This document shows positions 11,755 through 22,379 of a DNA stretch of 48,396 bases, piece by piece. The stretch is taken from assembly GCA_021432655.1 (NCBI GenBank), contig MU271275.1, positions 62,001-110,396 on the forward strand. The letters are read 5' to 3'. Positions within the stretch are counted from its first letter, which is position 1, and each line of letters begins with the position of its first letter. The DNA comes from Atractiella rhizophila. Lineage: Eukaryota. The position numbers were made by a program, and so were the translations under genes. Below the pieces are notes generated by a model. It made no database searches, had not been told where the DNA came from, and saw only the letters and a list, made by a program, of their open reading frames with translations.

Positions 11755-14700
11755 GACGGAGTGCTTTAGGCTGGAATATTGGAGACTGAGAGATGAGATG
11801 GGAGGTTTGTGAAGATGGCAACGCTTTATAGGCGCCTTGTCTGGAGTTCCAGTTGGAGTAGATCGGGTTCTGGTGCGAATCGACGCGGTTTAGACACTGA
11901 GAGCCGATTAGGTGGTGCGCGAAAACGTTCTGGTAGATGCTGGTAACGTTGTGGTATGGCGCAAGTCGCAGAGCCATTCTGAAGGGTCCCTATATATCGC
12001 AGGAAAGTCAAGGGTGGGAGAAAAATTCGTGTGGTGGGTAATTGACCTAATCTCGAACTCAATCTGGAAGGATAACCTTATATTGTTAACCCGAGGCGCT
12101 GTACCTTACCCCCGAACGGGCTTTACCAAGCTTTGGCATTGGCAGTTCAAGCTGGTTAAGCCTCGATCGAGCCGATCAGCCCTCAGTTGGGAAGCAACAG
12201 CGTCGGTGGAAAGACCTATCGATCTTCCAAAGATTTCATCCCGTCCAGCTCAAGCGGGAAAACCTCCTTTCTATCCAGGTAATTCCTGTATTCTCCTCTT
12301 TGGAAGTGTCAAACTGTCAATATTTGATGATGTGGCATTCCGATGGCAGACATGGGAGGTGCAGAATTTACACGGAGAGTTGAGAGGGACAAAAGAGAAG
12401 GACGATCGCTTCGTTATTCATCAAGAAGAAACAATCGCACATACCATTTGCAGGGTACTCGTGATGTTCAGTTTCAGCCCTCAACGTCTCCTTGTGCTCT
12501 TCTCTTTGTCTTGAAAAAATCCCAAGCGAGACGGACAACGAAATGACCACCAAATGCAAAATGGGCACAAGGCCGAAGTACAATTTATTGATCTGATCGC
12601 TTCCTGTTCAACCTGGTACAACTTTCCCAAAAGGACATGTTCGACATGTTCTTTCGATAAGGAATGAGTTACACGGTCGAGATCCTTGCGGAGGAGGTCA
12701 TGGATGACTGAAAATCGAAGAAGCGGGAGAAACGAAGCATTTGCGGGAAACGAAAAAGTTCCGCTGGCTTAAAACCGAGCTGCTGCGAGATCAGATGAAT
12801 TAACCCTGCCGAAGTCCAATCGCATCCAAGCAACAGGGAGACAGTGCCCTTCGAATTAACGCTCCTGTCTGCCCTGTTTGGTGAGAATCGAAGGAGAAGC
12901 GGTGACTACGTGCTATTTCAGCCACCCTCGAGGCGCGACATTCTCCACTTTCAACCTGGAAACACTAAGTGCCAAGCTGTTCAAGTGTTCACTGCGATTT
13001 TCGCTTGCACCTGCTCACAACCTCCGTTCTCGATGCCGAAAATACCATCGCGCGCCCAGTGTGGCGCTCAGCTCAAATGGCACCCTGGACTAACGATATG
13101 TTGTGCTCTCAGCTCCCTGCTGTCAATGTGAAACATGGACATCTTGATAGAGAATAAAACCAAAAGAACGGTGTACGTGCCATGACAAGATCTGCGATAA
13201 AGTTCTCGTCGTGATCGCAGACAAATGCGGCATCATTTCGGCATTTCGTCCGATGGGAAGCGGACAGACACAGCTGACCACAGAACACAAGTTGAAAAGA
13301 GCTTCCTGTCAAAGAATTGAATTATCGAATGTTCGCCTGAACTTGCTCGGGTGAGTGTCCAGCTGTCAAAGTGTTCAAGTCTCGTACGAGTGGGTAGGCC
13401 GATTCACCCGCCTCACCGAAGCCAGTCCTGACAAAATTGCAACCAATTGCAACGGGTGAACGTCACGAAGCTTACAATTGACCAATGGGACCAAAATTGG
13501 CTTGCACCATGGGCAAAGAGTCATAGTCTCATCCGTCAATTACGGTCGAGCACGGTGGGTCAAACTAGGCGTCACAGGATTGTAAATCTTCTTCAGGATC
13601 GAAAGTAAGAAGACCTCGATCACGTTGGATCAGGCCACGATCGTATCGTATTGATGCGTACTTGTTGTATTGGAGTTTGTACTTATCGGGGTTTGTATCA
13701 ACAAGCGATAATGCAATAATGATGGCCGAGGCAACAGGAAGCGTGAGGAAGAGAGCGGGACGGTCAGGAAGAGGAAGACGGCAAAGTGATATCGGCATCT
13801 CTAAGCGAGCCTCTCTCGTCACGCTCGGATGAAAATCTACCCGTTCCCAAGAAGAGAGACGAAGGGAGGACAAGAAGTCCTCCAGAAGCGTTAGAATGAA
13901 GAGTACTTTGGTTTTTCTTCTGAGCTCGAGTTTGAGCGCAAACTTCGACGCTTGTCTGCGACCCTGAGAGACTAGAGAAAGTAGCGTTCCTCGATCGATT
14001 TCGCCGAACGCAAGAATCAGTCCACCTAGGATTTCGATGAGCTCAACGTGAGAAGCATCGAATCTGCAAAATCTTCACTGGCGTCTTACTTGGTGTTTCC
14101 ACCGATTAACGGTTGGACGGAGGATGGTCATGTTTGTAAATTCGATAAAGCGGGAGCAGAAAAGAGCTTGTGCTTCCACTGTCGACCTTGTTGTAGCCAA
14201 TGGTCGCAGCTAGACTGGACGATCCCACTCCAATCAAATGAAGCAAGCTTGACTTCACACATACAAAATTTTCGAGTTTGTCAGGGCATGTAAGCCCTAC
14301 AGAAGCAACAACACAAAAAATTCGATTCCGTCGACCAAAATTCTGGGGCGACGCCAATTATTGCTGTTTTGGGTTCTGGAAGAAGCCGTAAGTTCGATCT
14401 TACAACACTTTCAAGGTCAACAAGCCTGTCATCCTGCATGCCCAATCACAGGCGAAAATGAAAACCACCTGACGCGATCCAAGGAATGCAAAAGGTCAAA
14501 CGAAGTCAAACGAAAAAAGTCTATTTCCTTCTCGAACAGGCAGTCCTCCTTTCGCAATAGATGCTTGCCCATCCCTTTTGCGCAGACTTGGGCTGGGTAA
14601 GTCCTCGACCGGAAACTCCACGCCTCCAGAACTCCAATTCAATTTTCCAAAGTAGAAGCACCACTTCCTTCGCCACAAAGCAGGAAACTCGAGAGAATGA

Positions 14701-15275
14701 AGACAAAAATCGATCATGTTCGAGATGGGCAGTCGGCGCAACGTCTCAGAGAGACAGTCCTTCGAGAAATCGTTTTAAGCATTATGGGCTGGAAAGAGGC
14801 CAAGTGGAAGCGAATGGGAGTTGTTCTCGCCATGGTGCATATCCATAAATCATCGAGAAACGCTGGCCTTACAGAAGAAGAGAGGATTAGGAGGATTCCA
14901 CCGCAGGCCGAAGAGACGGCGGTATCAAAATAATATGTGGACAATCACGTGACTAATCCATCGCGACCGCTCAGCGCGAAGCAGCTTGTGGCAGCAAACA
15001 AGAACAAAAGGTCGTGATAAACTTGTCATTCGTACGACGGCGTTCGAAAGCGCGAAATTCCCATCACCTCTCAACCAAACAGAAAGACGGCGCACCAACG
15101 CGTGTTACGTAAAGCATCCTGAGCGTGCCCTCAGTTTGTTCCGTCCTACTCTCTTCTTTCACGCCCGTATAACCTGCGTAGCAGGTACCGTTCGTTTTTG
15201 CCAGAAGCGGTCGTCTGAAATCATTGAAAAGGAAGGGGAAAGCTTTTGACCGGTGGGCCGCCGTGTGTCGAAAGT

Positions 15276-15310
15276 TGACGTCACATAAGTTATGACGCGG
15301 ACTATAAAAG
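15276..15310 (+). promoter_or_regulatory. CRE (TGACGTCA) + TTATGACGC + TATA box promoter
   Basis: TGACGTCA 15276-15283, TTATGACGC 15290-15298 and TATAAAAG 15303-15310, ~60 nt before the ATG at 15368. Confidence 0.6.
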
Positions 15311-15367
15311 AATAGTTTGACCCTGTCTCAGAACCACCACCTATTATTCAGAGCCAAACCACAAACC

Positions 15368-15934
15368 ATGTCTCTATCCCATTTTGCACGCACCTCCACC
15401 CGAACAGTACGGCTCTCCAGTCGTCTCCCTAACTCTCGCCCGTTCAGTGTCAGCGGTATTCGAAGCACATCTGCAAACTCGTAAGTCCTCATTATCTTCC
15501 GTCTACAAAAGGGGTTAGTTAACCAGGTCGAATGTGAAATAGGCATGTTGAACCTGATCCGAATGAATGGGATAAGGCGAAAGGCCGCAAGCTGTCGGAG
15601 CACGAAAGCGTCCATCCGGACCATGCCCCAGGATGGAATGAGAAGGTATGTGTAGTTTCATCCCTAAAGAACGTCTCATTGAGGTATGATGATGACAGTT
15701 GGCGAGCCATTCGGAAGCACATGTGAAGGCAGATAGGTCGACGAAGACACCTCAGGAACTATTGCAGGCAAAGGCGGGTATTCCTCCAAGCGAAAGGGAG
15801 GAAGGAAGCCTTGAAAAAGGAAGACCTCCTCAGTATGGGGAAAAGAAGTAAGTTTCTTCCTGTTGTCCAGAGGTAGAGGGATGGGATGATGCTCATGCTT
15901 TGGTGGCAGTGTGCAAAAGTCAACTGATGTCTGA
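15368..15934 (+). CDS. Small (129 aa) fungal protein with a mitochondrial-presequence-like N-terminus and an APGWNExLASxSEAxVKADR motif; 4 exons
   Basis: Exons 15368-15480, 15543-15645, 15699-15847 and 15910-15934 join in frame (390 nt) via GT-AG introns: MSLSHFARTSTRTVRLSSRLPNSRPFSVSGIRS...HPDHAPGWNEK|LASHSEAHVKADRSTKTPQEL...KSTDV*. Not in the ORF track. Confidence 0.85.
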
Positions 15935-16196
15935 AGGGAAGTGAAGCGCAGAAGCGGCCTTGTGAATACGTCATGACTGTACACAGTTTGCATTTCGACA
16001 ATGTTTATTGAACGACATTTCTGCATCCAATTCCTTGAATCAGTGGCGCAGAGGAGGAACAAGAGGAAGATTGCAAACGGGATAAATTTTGTATGCCCAC
16101 AATGACATTAATGAGATCACGTAAACTTCCAATCTCCTAACGTGAGAGAAACGAAGAATGAGATTATGGAACATACAGTATTCCTCAAGCATTCTA

Positions 16197-18435
16197 TCAA
16201 TACGGATCTACCAAGACATCTCCGCCGCCGCCGCCGCTTTGGGGAGGAGGAGGTCGTCGTTTTCTACCTTCATCATTGCTCCACTTCTCTCCCTCTCGCT
16301 CCACTGGCAAGCCCGTCATTTTCTTGAATCTCGTCACTTCGCCCTTGGGAATGGTGCAATTTTCACTCTGAATCTCCAGCGCCTGTATTACAGTCCAGTC
16401 CAAGTAAATCCATAGTTTATTCGGAAGAGAAAGGAACTCACGGTGGGCAACCATTCTTTCGCGTGCGCCATCCGGTCTTCGTGACTGGGATGTGTGGAAA
16501 AGGCTTCTAGGATCCCATGGACGTGTTGTTTCTCTCCCATTCGAGACCAGAAGTCGATGGTGGCCGTAGGGTCGAAACATGCTTTAGAGAGGAGGCGCAT
16601 GCCGATGCTATCCGCTTCATCGAGTCGAACAAGTCCAAGTCAGCTCAGAACACAACTCGGTGTCTCACGAGACTCGAAGGAGTGGGGATTTTACCTTCGA
16701 TTTCTTGTTCTCGAGAATTCGGAAGTGCTTTCAGCATTTCTAATCCGAAAGTGGTGATGAAGGGATCGAAGCCGAGAAGGAAGACGAGGACGAAGCCGAG
16801 GGTTGCGAGGAGTTTGGCCGTCGACATTTTCTCTGCTGGGTGACGCGCAACTATTTTATCCAACATTTTGTTCAGAAATTTCCGGTGGAGAAGGGAGCGG
16901 TACCTTGGTGTGCTATTTCTGCTCAGGTGTAGACGGTGAGAAGAGACTTAGTTAAGGATGGGGTAACGTACCGTGCGCGAGTACCACTGCGAGTTCATCC
17001 TCGTTTTTGACATCCTTGAATAATCCGGTATAGACGAATATCTAGTTCTAGTTGTTATTACTTCAGCAAGTACCTTGAAGACGACTCGCTTTTCCACCAG
17101 GAATAGTGAATCTATCAGCCGTCCACACAACAACAAATTCCTCAGATTAGGCACCCTGTGCTATGGAAAAGCAGAGAGACAGATAACCTACGCATTCGAC
17201 TCTTTATCCTCAATAACGAACGTCTCCCATTGCTCTCGTCCTCCTGTCGTCGGAACACCGTGGTCCAAGGTGTCAATGACCTGGACGATGCGATCGACGA
17301 TCTTTTGCACCTTCCTATTATGATCCATCGTAAAGAGTGAGATTCATTTGGCACCAGAAATGGACGAGACGCACAGTGTGACAGGATGGGTAGAAGGGAG
17401 GATGTTTGCTTCGTTTTGGGAGAGGACGAGTTTGGACATTTCGCGTCCTAACTGTGAAGGGAAAAGATTAGTGTGTACTCCTTCTCAGTTTGGATCAGGC
17501 AGAAGTAAGCAAGAAAATAGTATGTGATTTGCGTCCTCCTGCTGATATCTAGGAAGATTATTGTAAAACATTCCCGTCACCTAGTTCAATGGAAGACGTT
17601 GCAAAGAGAGAATGTGTGCGTAAAGATTGACAGTCCCTAGAATAACCTGCACCAGTCACGCAAAAAGGAAACTCTATAGCATGTTCAAGCATGTTCCGTT
17701 TATATCTCTCACAGAGTAATTTTATTATGAACAGGGGAAGCCCTCGCACTAGTCGAAAGGGAAAGCGCCATATGGGACCATTACCATGGAATCAAGTGCG
17801 CGCATTGAAGTGGTCCGGTCTACCCCAGCTCTCAACCTGGCTCGACTACAAAGACCCTTTCTGTAAACAGGGAATATAAAGTCGACTAAACGCAGAACGA
17901 TGTATTGCACATATGTATGGTTTGAATATACACGCCGCGACATCGCTCTCTTAACCTCATCACCAGTGCATGTGAGAAAAAGGAACAGGCAAACTCACCT
18001 CTTCCTCTTCCTCTGGCTTCACGGTCATCAATCTCATCCGTCCGGTCAGCTCCACCTTTTCCCTTCAGACAATCCCACACATAATCAGCCCTCACGGTTG
18101 TCCACTTCCCATCCCACTCCTACTAAGTAAAATAAACGCTCGAAAACATACGAATGACGGTAAATATAAGCCTCAGTGATAACAAACAAAAGTACGAGGA
18201 CGGTCACAGTCCTCCCCGGTCTGAGTCTCCACCGTCCCAGGCGAAAAGAAGGACGCAGCGTCCCTGATTTGGTGTCTTCCCATCTCTTGCCGTCGTTCCC
18301 TCCCCACTTGAATTGTTGCCTGGGGGGAGTGCGTGCAAGGAGGGTTGGCGGAGTGTACGAGAAGTGCCGTGGGAAAGAGCGACGAAGGGGATAGCGCAGA
18401 GGGATTACGTGCTGAAGTGAGGGGAGGCGACGCAT
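16197..18435 (-). CDS. OMA1: Mitochondrial metalloendopeptidase OMA1-like (peptidase M48)
   Basis: Arg-rich presequence and a TM segment, then LMTVKPEEEEE|LGREMSK...ILPSTHP...WETFVI...NA|FTIPGGK|IFVYTGL...DELAVVLAH|EIAHQ|VARHPAEKMS...LPNSREQEIE|ADSIG..L.SKACFDP...STHPSHEDR. HExxH, SRxxExEAD and STHP motifs are all present. Confidence 0.9.
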
Positions 18436-19053
18436 TGATGTCGTGACGCTTTGGCTTCCTTGATGTAGACGGTTTCGGAAGGCGGGAAGGCCAAATTCGA
18501 CGACCAACAACATTGCGATCGTTTTGAAATTTGATTTTATAGTCTAGCTTGCTTATGTGGTTGCGTGAGAGTGCGTTTTACGGAGGACAGAATGGGTGTG
18601 CGCGGTTGCGGAATTGATCCGAACGGGGGTTGAAGATGTAGGAGTGGGGGGATCTGGGAGAGTTGACATGATACACTTGCCCTTCATCGTTGGTTGCCCT
18701 TACCTTCGATTTCAATGGTTTCGCTTCGATGGCGTGATAGAAGTCGGAAAGCCTACAGTTATCTCGCTCAAAGGCCACGTTCGCGCCTCTTTTTTATGGC
18801 CTGAAACTGAAAGACAAATGAAAGCTGCCTCAACCTTGGCTGCGACTCATGCAATACTCATGTCTTTCTCTGTTTCGTTTTATTAGCAATGTGGCAGAAG
18901 GAAGGATTCCATTTTCATGCACTCGGAGATCATGACACAAGATACAAACACAATAAAGGCAAATTTCATCAATGTTGAAACAAAATCGTGCCTTACTTCT
19001 CTTCCGCTTCCTCCTCATTTCCTTCTCTCCCTTCTTCCCCTCCTCTCTCTCTA

Positions 19054-19323
19054 TCAATCAGCCACGACCGCCACTGCTACTCCAGCCCCAACTGCTCCAG
19101 TCGCAGCAACCACAGTTGAGCCCGCAAGCCCAGCAGCTCCGATAGATTGAGCAAAGGCGAACAAACTCCCCGCCGCGACGTTACCAATGGCGCTCTGGAC
19201 GGCTGCAGCAGTGGACCCTGCAACGACTCCGGCTGCTCCGAAACCTGCGACGCCTAGGATTGTTGGGGCTGCGAGAATCGAAGCTCCGCCAGCGATGAGA
19301 GGCACTGCGACAAGAGGGAGCAT
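19054..19323 (-). CDS. IFI6/IFI27 (ISG12)-like small hydrophobic protein, copy 1 (89 aa, recombinant)
   Basis: MLPLVAVPLIAGG...LGVAGFGAAGVVAGSTAAAVQSAIGNVAAGSLFAFAQSIGAAG. The GFxxxGxxAGSxAAxxQS..GNVxAGSLFAxxQSxGA pattern is that of the Ifi-6-16 family. Confidence 0.85.
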   Translation of the reverse strand: MLPLVAVPLIAGGASILAAPTILGVAGFGAAGVVAGSTAAAVQSAIGNVAAGSLFAFAQSIGAAGLAGSTVVAATGAVGAGVAVAVVAD

Positions 19324-19897
19324 AGCTGAATGATCTTGAGCCAAAAGCAACTGGTCAGTGAACTGGTTCAGAGAATATGGGCAGAAACGCCTACGAATGT
19401 TACGCTTTGTGGAGGTTGAGATCTCCTCTCTGATGCATGCTGGTTTTATGGGGTTCAGTGAACGGACGGACGAAGTCACGGTTAGGTGCTTTACGTCGTC
19501 CTCGTCTCTCCCAGAAGTCCCTCGAACTTTATCACACGAGGTTTACTCATATTTTCAACAACATCATGACTCGTACGAACGTGGAGACAGCCCAATCCCC
19601 GAATGAGCCAACTTTGACCGTTGACCGCTTGGCTCGGGGTTCAGAAGTCTACTCCGATAGTAAAAACATTGAAAGGTCACCATTTTCGAAGAGCCCTCGC
19701 AGGTGCTCACAATGGGCATGATTTACACTATCTTTCTTCAATCTGGACCTTAATGTTCTGGCCAGTGTCTCAGTACTTGAATTGTCACACCATTACACCA
19801 CTGAAGGCGAAAGCTTGTCGTCGTAATGAGAGTTATCTTCGTTTTTACTCGAAAATATATGGTGCAGTCCTCGGCCATTTTTCAACGCTTACTATCA

Positions 19898-20190
19898 TCT
19901 GTTAACCATCTAAGATCCTTCCTAGACCTGCTTTCAAAGATTGAAGAGGCAAGGACGGGAAGGAAGTTCGAGGCCAATGAAGAAACTTTGCAACACTGAC
20001 CAGTTATTTAGCGGCAATGCACCTCCTTGTGCAGTCGAAGCGAGCAGGTGAGTAGCATCGTGCCACTTCCCCGTTATTACTCCAAACAACGAGCAAAGTA
20101 CGCCCTACGTGTGCGACACTTTGCTGACAGTCGGTACGTATCAGGCGCCAGCTTCGACTTGAAGGGAAATGGCTGCGATTGGGCGGAGTG
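19898..20190 (-). pseudogene. Degenerate 3' fragment of membrane gene X (copy E)
   Basis: Nucleotide similarity to the last exon of X (ttaaccatc...gcggcaatgcacctcc...gagtagcatcg...ttcgacttgaagggaaa) with indels; no intact frame. Confidence 0.7.
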
Positions 20191-20453
20191 AGCGCAGGAT
20201 GCTCGTGGATTACGACTGCACGGGAACCGCAAAGCTATGGTACCGTAGCCAGTTTGCATGTTAAACATTCCAAGCGATTTATTCTTGCCTTCTTGCCCTC
20301 AGAGATGCAAGACTAACTTTCAGTCCTTAAGTTGATTATTGTCCTATGCTGCTCATACAAGTTCGACTTGATCTGGCATTAAGACAGGGCGATGGCAACC
20401 ATGTGGACAACCAAAAGGCATATTGCTTTATGAGTACTCATTGTTGCACCACC

Positions 20454-21502
20454 TTACTTCAACGGATCTGTCAACCATCCAAATAATGTCCTGCCTGGCC
20501 CCACTTTCAAAATTCCCCAGATGTCGCCTTCGAACTTCTTTCCAATCCTTACTTCTTCAATGCCAACAAGATATCTAGCGGCAATGCAGCTCCCTGTGAA
20601 GTCAAAAACGAGCAGTTGAGTAGCATCGTTCCACTTCCCCGTTGCCACCCCCGACAGTGAACACAGCAAGCCAAATGCGTACAACACTTTGCTGAGAGTT
20701 GGTACCCATGAAGGGACTGCACTTCGACTTGAAGGGAAAATAATTGCGGTTGGCAGCAGTACCAACGGAGATAATTGGAAACTACTTTCGATTTCAGCGG
20801 ACGAAACAGCCTGTGCGGATGAGGACAGGACTAACACAAAGCAGGTTGGGAACCAGAAGGGCGAGGTCGTTGGTACCATCGCACTTCCCAGCCATGTCAA
20901 GAGCACAATTGCAACATCAAAATTTCCGAAATATGGTTTGGTCAGACGAGTTGTATTCTGCAGATGGATGAACAGCTTTCCAATTTAGTAGAGAGCGGCC
21001 GTACTTCCATTAAAAATCTATCTGCCATAAAAAGTGGCACATAAAGACCTGGCAGGGCACACCTAACGTTGTGGCTTGTCCAAGAGCGAAAGTGAGAGTT
21101 GTCATAAAAGGGGAGAGCAGAAATGATCTCTCCCTGAGGCAACGAGTGAAAGGGTAGAATTCGAGCCAGAAGGCGGCAAACAAAAACTGCACCCAATTTC
21201 TCCCTCAATATTATTTTGTATGAGAAATGGTTGAATGCTCACACCGACAGCTAATATGCCGCCTTCCTCAGTGTGTTGGCGGAAACATGTCATGATACTG
21301 CACAGGATGTGGTCACCTACTCCTACTCTCCGACCAAAGACTTTTCCTTGGGATAGAGCAGAGCATTCTGCAGCGAGGATGGACAGTGTGCGACCTTATG
21401 TGAGGAACGATGGAGGGTTGAAGACGAGTTGCCAGATGATATAAGCGGTCAAGAGAGTTATGGGTAACAGAAGAAGATGAGAATGCCCAGAGGAGATGAC
21501 AT
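20454..21502 (-). pseudogene. Membrane gene X, copy D (frameshift and nonsense)
   Basis: Full-length paralogue of 25825-26924. It has a frameshift shortly after the ATG (21502) and TAA at 21396-21398 where copy B has TAC (PSFLT*GR vs PSFLTYGR). Confidence 0.75.
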
Positions 21503-21809
21503 TATCCACGACAAATGCTAAAAGCCTTAAGAAGAGACTACCAATCGTAAACCGGATGTTTTTGGCTCCACCCCAGCTGTAAAAGTCTGCAAAGCTGCTC
21601 GCTGTTAACGTAGTGAACCAATCCGCGGTACCACCACACGGAAAAGGTCTGGATTTGGGTACCAAATAGCGCTTGGCGCACGATGCGTCTGAGGTGAACA
21701 GACAGGAACCGGGTTATGGTTGACATTGTCAGTATAGTAATATCTCGCAATGATTGATGCTTCCCATTGCCGACCTGGACAAAATCTAGTCATAGCAATA
21801 TTGACACAC

Positions 21810-22379
21810 TCACTCATCTTCCCCTTCTCCCCTGGCATAGTCATGTGCAGTAATCCAATCAAGTAAGACCCTGGTTGGTCCCAAGCTCATCATCTTCCAA
21901 CCATCTCGCAACTTTCTTCCCGTCCGCGCTTCTTCAATCACGCCCAGGTATGCAGCAGAAATGCAAACTCCAGCAAAGTCGAAGAAGAGGAATTGGGTGG
22001 CATCGTTCCAGTTCCAAAAAGCTCCAGTCGCAGCAACCACAGTTGAGCCCGCGAGCCCAGCAGCTCCGATAGATTGAGCAAGGGCGAACAAACTCCCCGC
22101 CGCGACGTTACCGATAGAGCTCTGTATCGCCGCTGCAAGGGTCCCTGCACCCACTCCTGCGGCTCCAAAACCGACGAGTGAGAGCAGCACAGGCGTCGCT
22201 AAGACTGTCGCTCCCCCGACAGCAAGACTGATACCTATGCCTCGTGCGACGTTACGAGTAGGAGCGGAAGTGCTGATTCTCGCCCTTGCCGTCGATGGCG
22301 TTTGGTTTACCTGCGGAGGTATAGGAGGCAAGGCTTTGGGGGATGCAGCGAGAGATTTCGAAGGCGTTGGTGGCACCAT
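21810..22379 (-). CDS. Chimeric gene: IFI6/IFI27-like domain fused in frame to the C-terminal part of membrane protein X (189 aa, single exon)
   Basis: ...LVGFGAAGVGAGTLAAAIQSSIGNVAAGSLFALAQSIGAAGLAGSTVVAATGAF|WNWNDATQFLFFDFAGVCISAAYLGVIEEARTG...LGPTRVLLDWITAHDYARGEGEDE*. The 3' part is near-identical to 25800-26006. Confidence 0.8.
   Translation of the reverse strand: MVPPTPSKSLAASPKALPPIPPQVNQTPSTARARISTSAPTRNVARGIGISLAVGGATVLATPVLLSLVGFGAAGVGAGTLAAAIQSSIGNVAAGSLFALAQSIGAAGLAGSTVVAATGAFWNWNDATQFLFFDFAGVCISAAYLGVIEEARTGRKLRDGWKMMSLGPTRVLLDWITAHDYARGEGEDE

Larger units (their letters stand above)
19157..22015. repeat. Segmental duplication, left copy (~2.9 kb; paralogous to 23016-26006)
   Basis: Colinear similarity including intergenic DNA, e.g. 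19358-19870 vs 23261-23770, 20077-20268 vs 23992-24183, 21235-21444 vs 25168-25377 and 21920-22015 vs 25911-26006. Confidence 0.92.

Noticed and set aside
17574..17610. tRNA-like D-arm/A-box TAGTTCAATGG
   Set aside because: No T-arm (GTTCRA) at the right distance and no complementary acceptor stem.
17770..17845. TPP-riboswitch-like ACTTGAT...GGTAAT...GGCG in the OMA1 intron, and an RNase MRP-like AGGGGAAGCCCTC just upstream on the opposite strand
   Set aside because: It lacks the CTGAGA and ATACC elements of TPP aptamers, the host gene is unrelated to thiamine, and there is no downstream P4 partner for MRP.
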